Origin: an uncultured bacterium
Lineage (GTDB): Bacteria; Pseudomonadota; Gammaproteobacteria; Burkholderiales; JACQAP01
DNA: 64,000 nucleotides
Direction of reading: 5' to 3'
Assembly (NCBI GenBank): GCA_965233135.1
Contig: CBDDRM010000176.1
Coordinates: 2,696-66,695, forward strand
The notes under the pieces were generated by a model. That model saw nothing but the letters and a program-made list of their open reading frames with translations. It was not told the DNA's origin and did no database searches. The position numbers and the translations under genes are program-made. The number at the start of each line of letters is the position of its first letter. Within the stretch, counting starts at the first letter, position 1. Of this stretch, positions 63,873-64,000 are shown piece by piece.

Positions 63873-63889
63873 CGCAATGTCTGTACCCA
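63873..63889 (-). promoter_or_regulatory. Putative sigma54 (-24/-12) promoter
   Basis: Minus strand tgGGTACAGACATTGCg = GG-N10-GC, about 55-60 nt before the start codon. Confidence 0.55.
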
Positions 63890-64000
63890 AATCCCCGGCC
63901 CATGCCAGTCGAATGCTCATGGCTTTTATTGGCTCTGGGTTCAAATAGTTACGGCGGTTCGCAGGAGCGGACGATGCATTCGGTCCGTGCCGAATGCCGA

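Overview
GC-rich bacterial chromosomal segment. The gene orders xseA/exbB-exbD-lpxK-ycaR-kdsB-adk, tsaE-amiC...mutL-miaA and murJ/rpsT/DUF3579/argD-argF...argG point to a Betaproteobacterium (inference from synteny). Positions 1-14.8 kb hold an accessory catabolic and transport cluster of unknown substrate: MFS transporter, beta-hydroxyacid dehydrogenase, MmgE/PrpD, Liv-type ABC system, carboxymuconolactone decarboxylase-like protein, MBL lactonase, LysR, TauE, alpha/beta hydrolase and a two-subunit CoA-transferase. The rest is mostly core envelope, repair and metabolic genes mixed with uncharacterised secreted proteins and lipoproteins. I saw no tRNA, rRNA, CRISPR array, transposase or integrase. 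The most notable observations are: (1) a ~1020-aa protein joining a cytoplasmic winged-helix-like head, a ~500-aa E/R/K single-alpha-helix-like rod, one TM helix and a periplasmic AsmA-like domain; (2) a multi-hairpin, terminator-ended RNA region with a possible uORF directly upstream of argD-argF; (3) a riboswitch-like leader upstream of hppA; (4) small inverted heptamer-repeat elements at gene junctions; (5) a 123-bp-period duplication of the amiC 3' end with synonymous divergence; (6) a DnaA-box pair away from any origin genes; (7) a paralogous lipoprotein pair sharing a CxxCYxxP motif. All family calls come from motif recognition by eye; no database searches were run.
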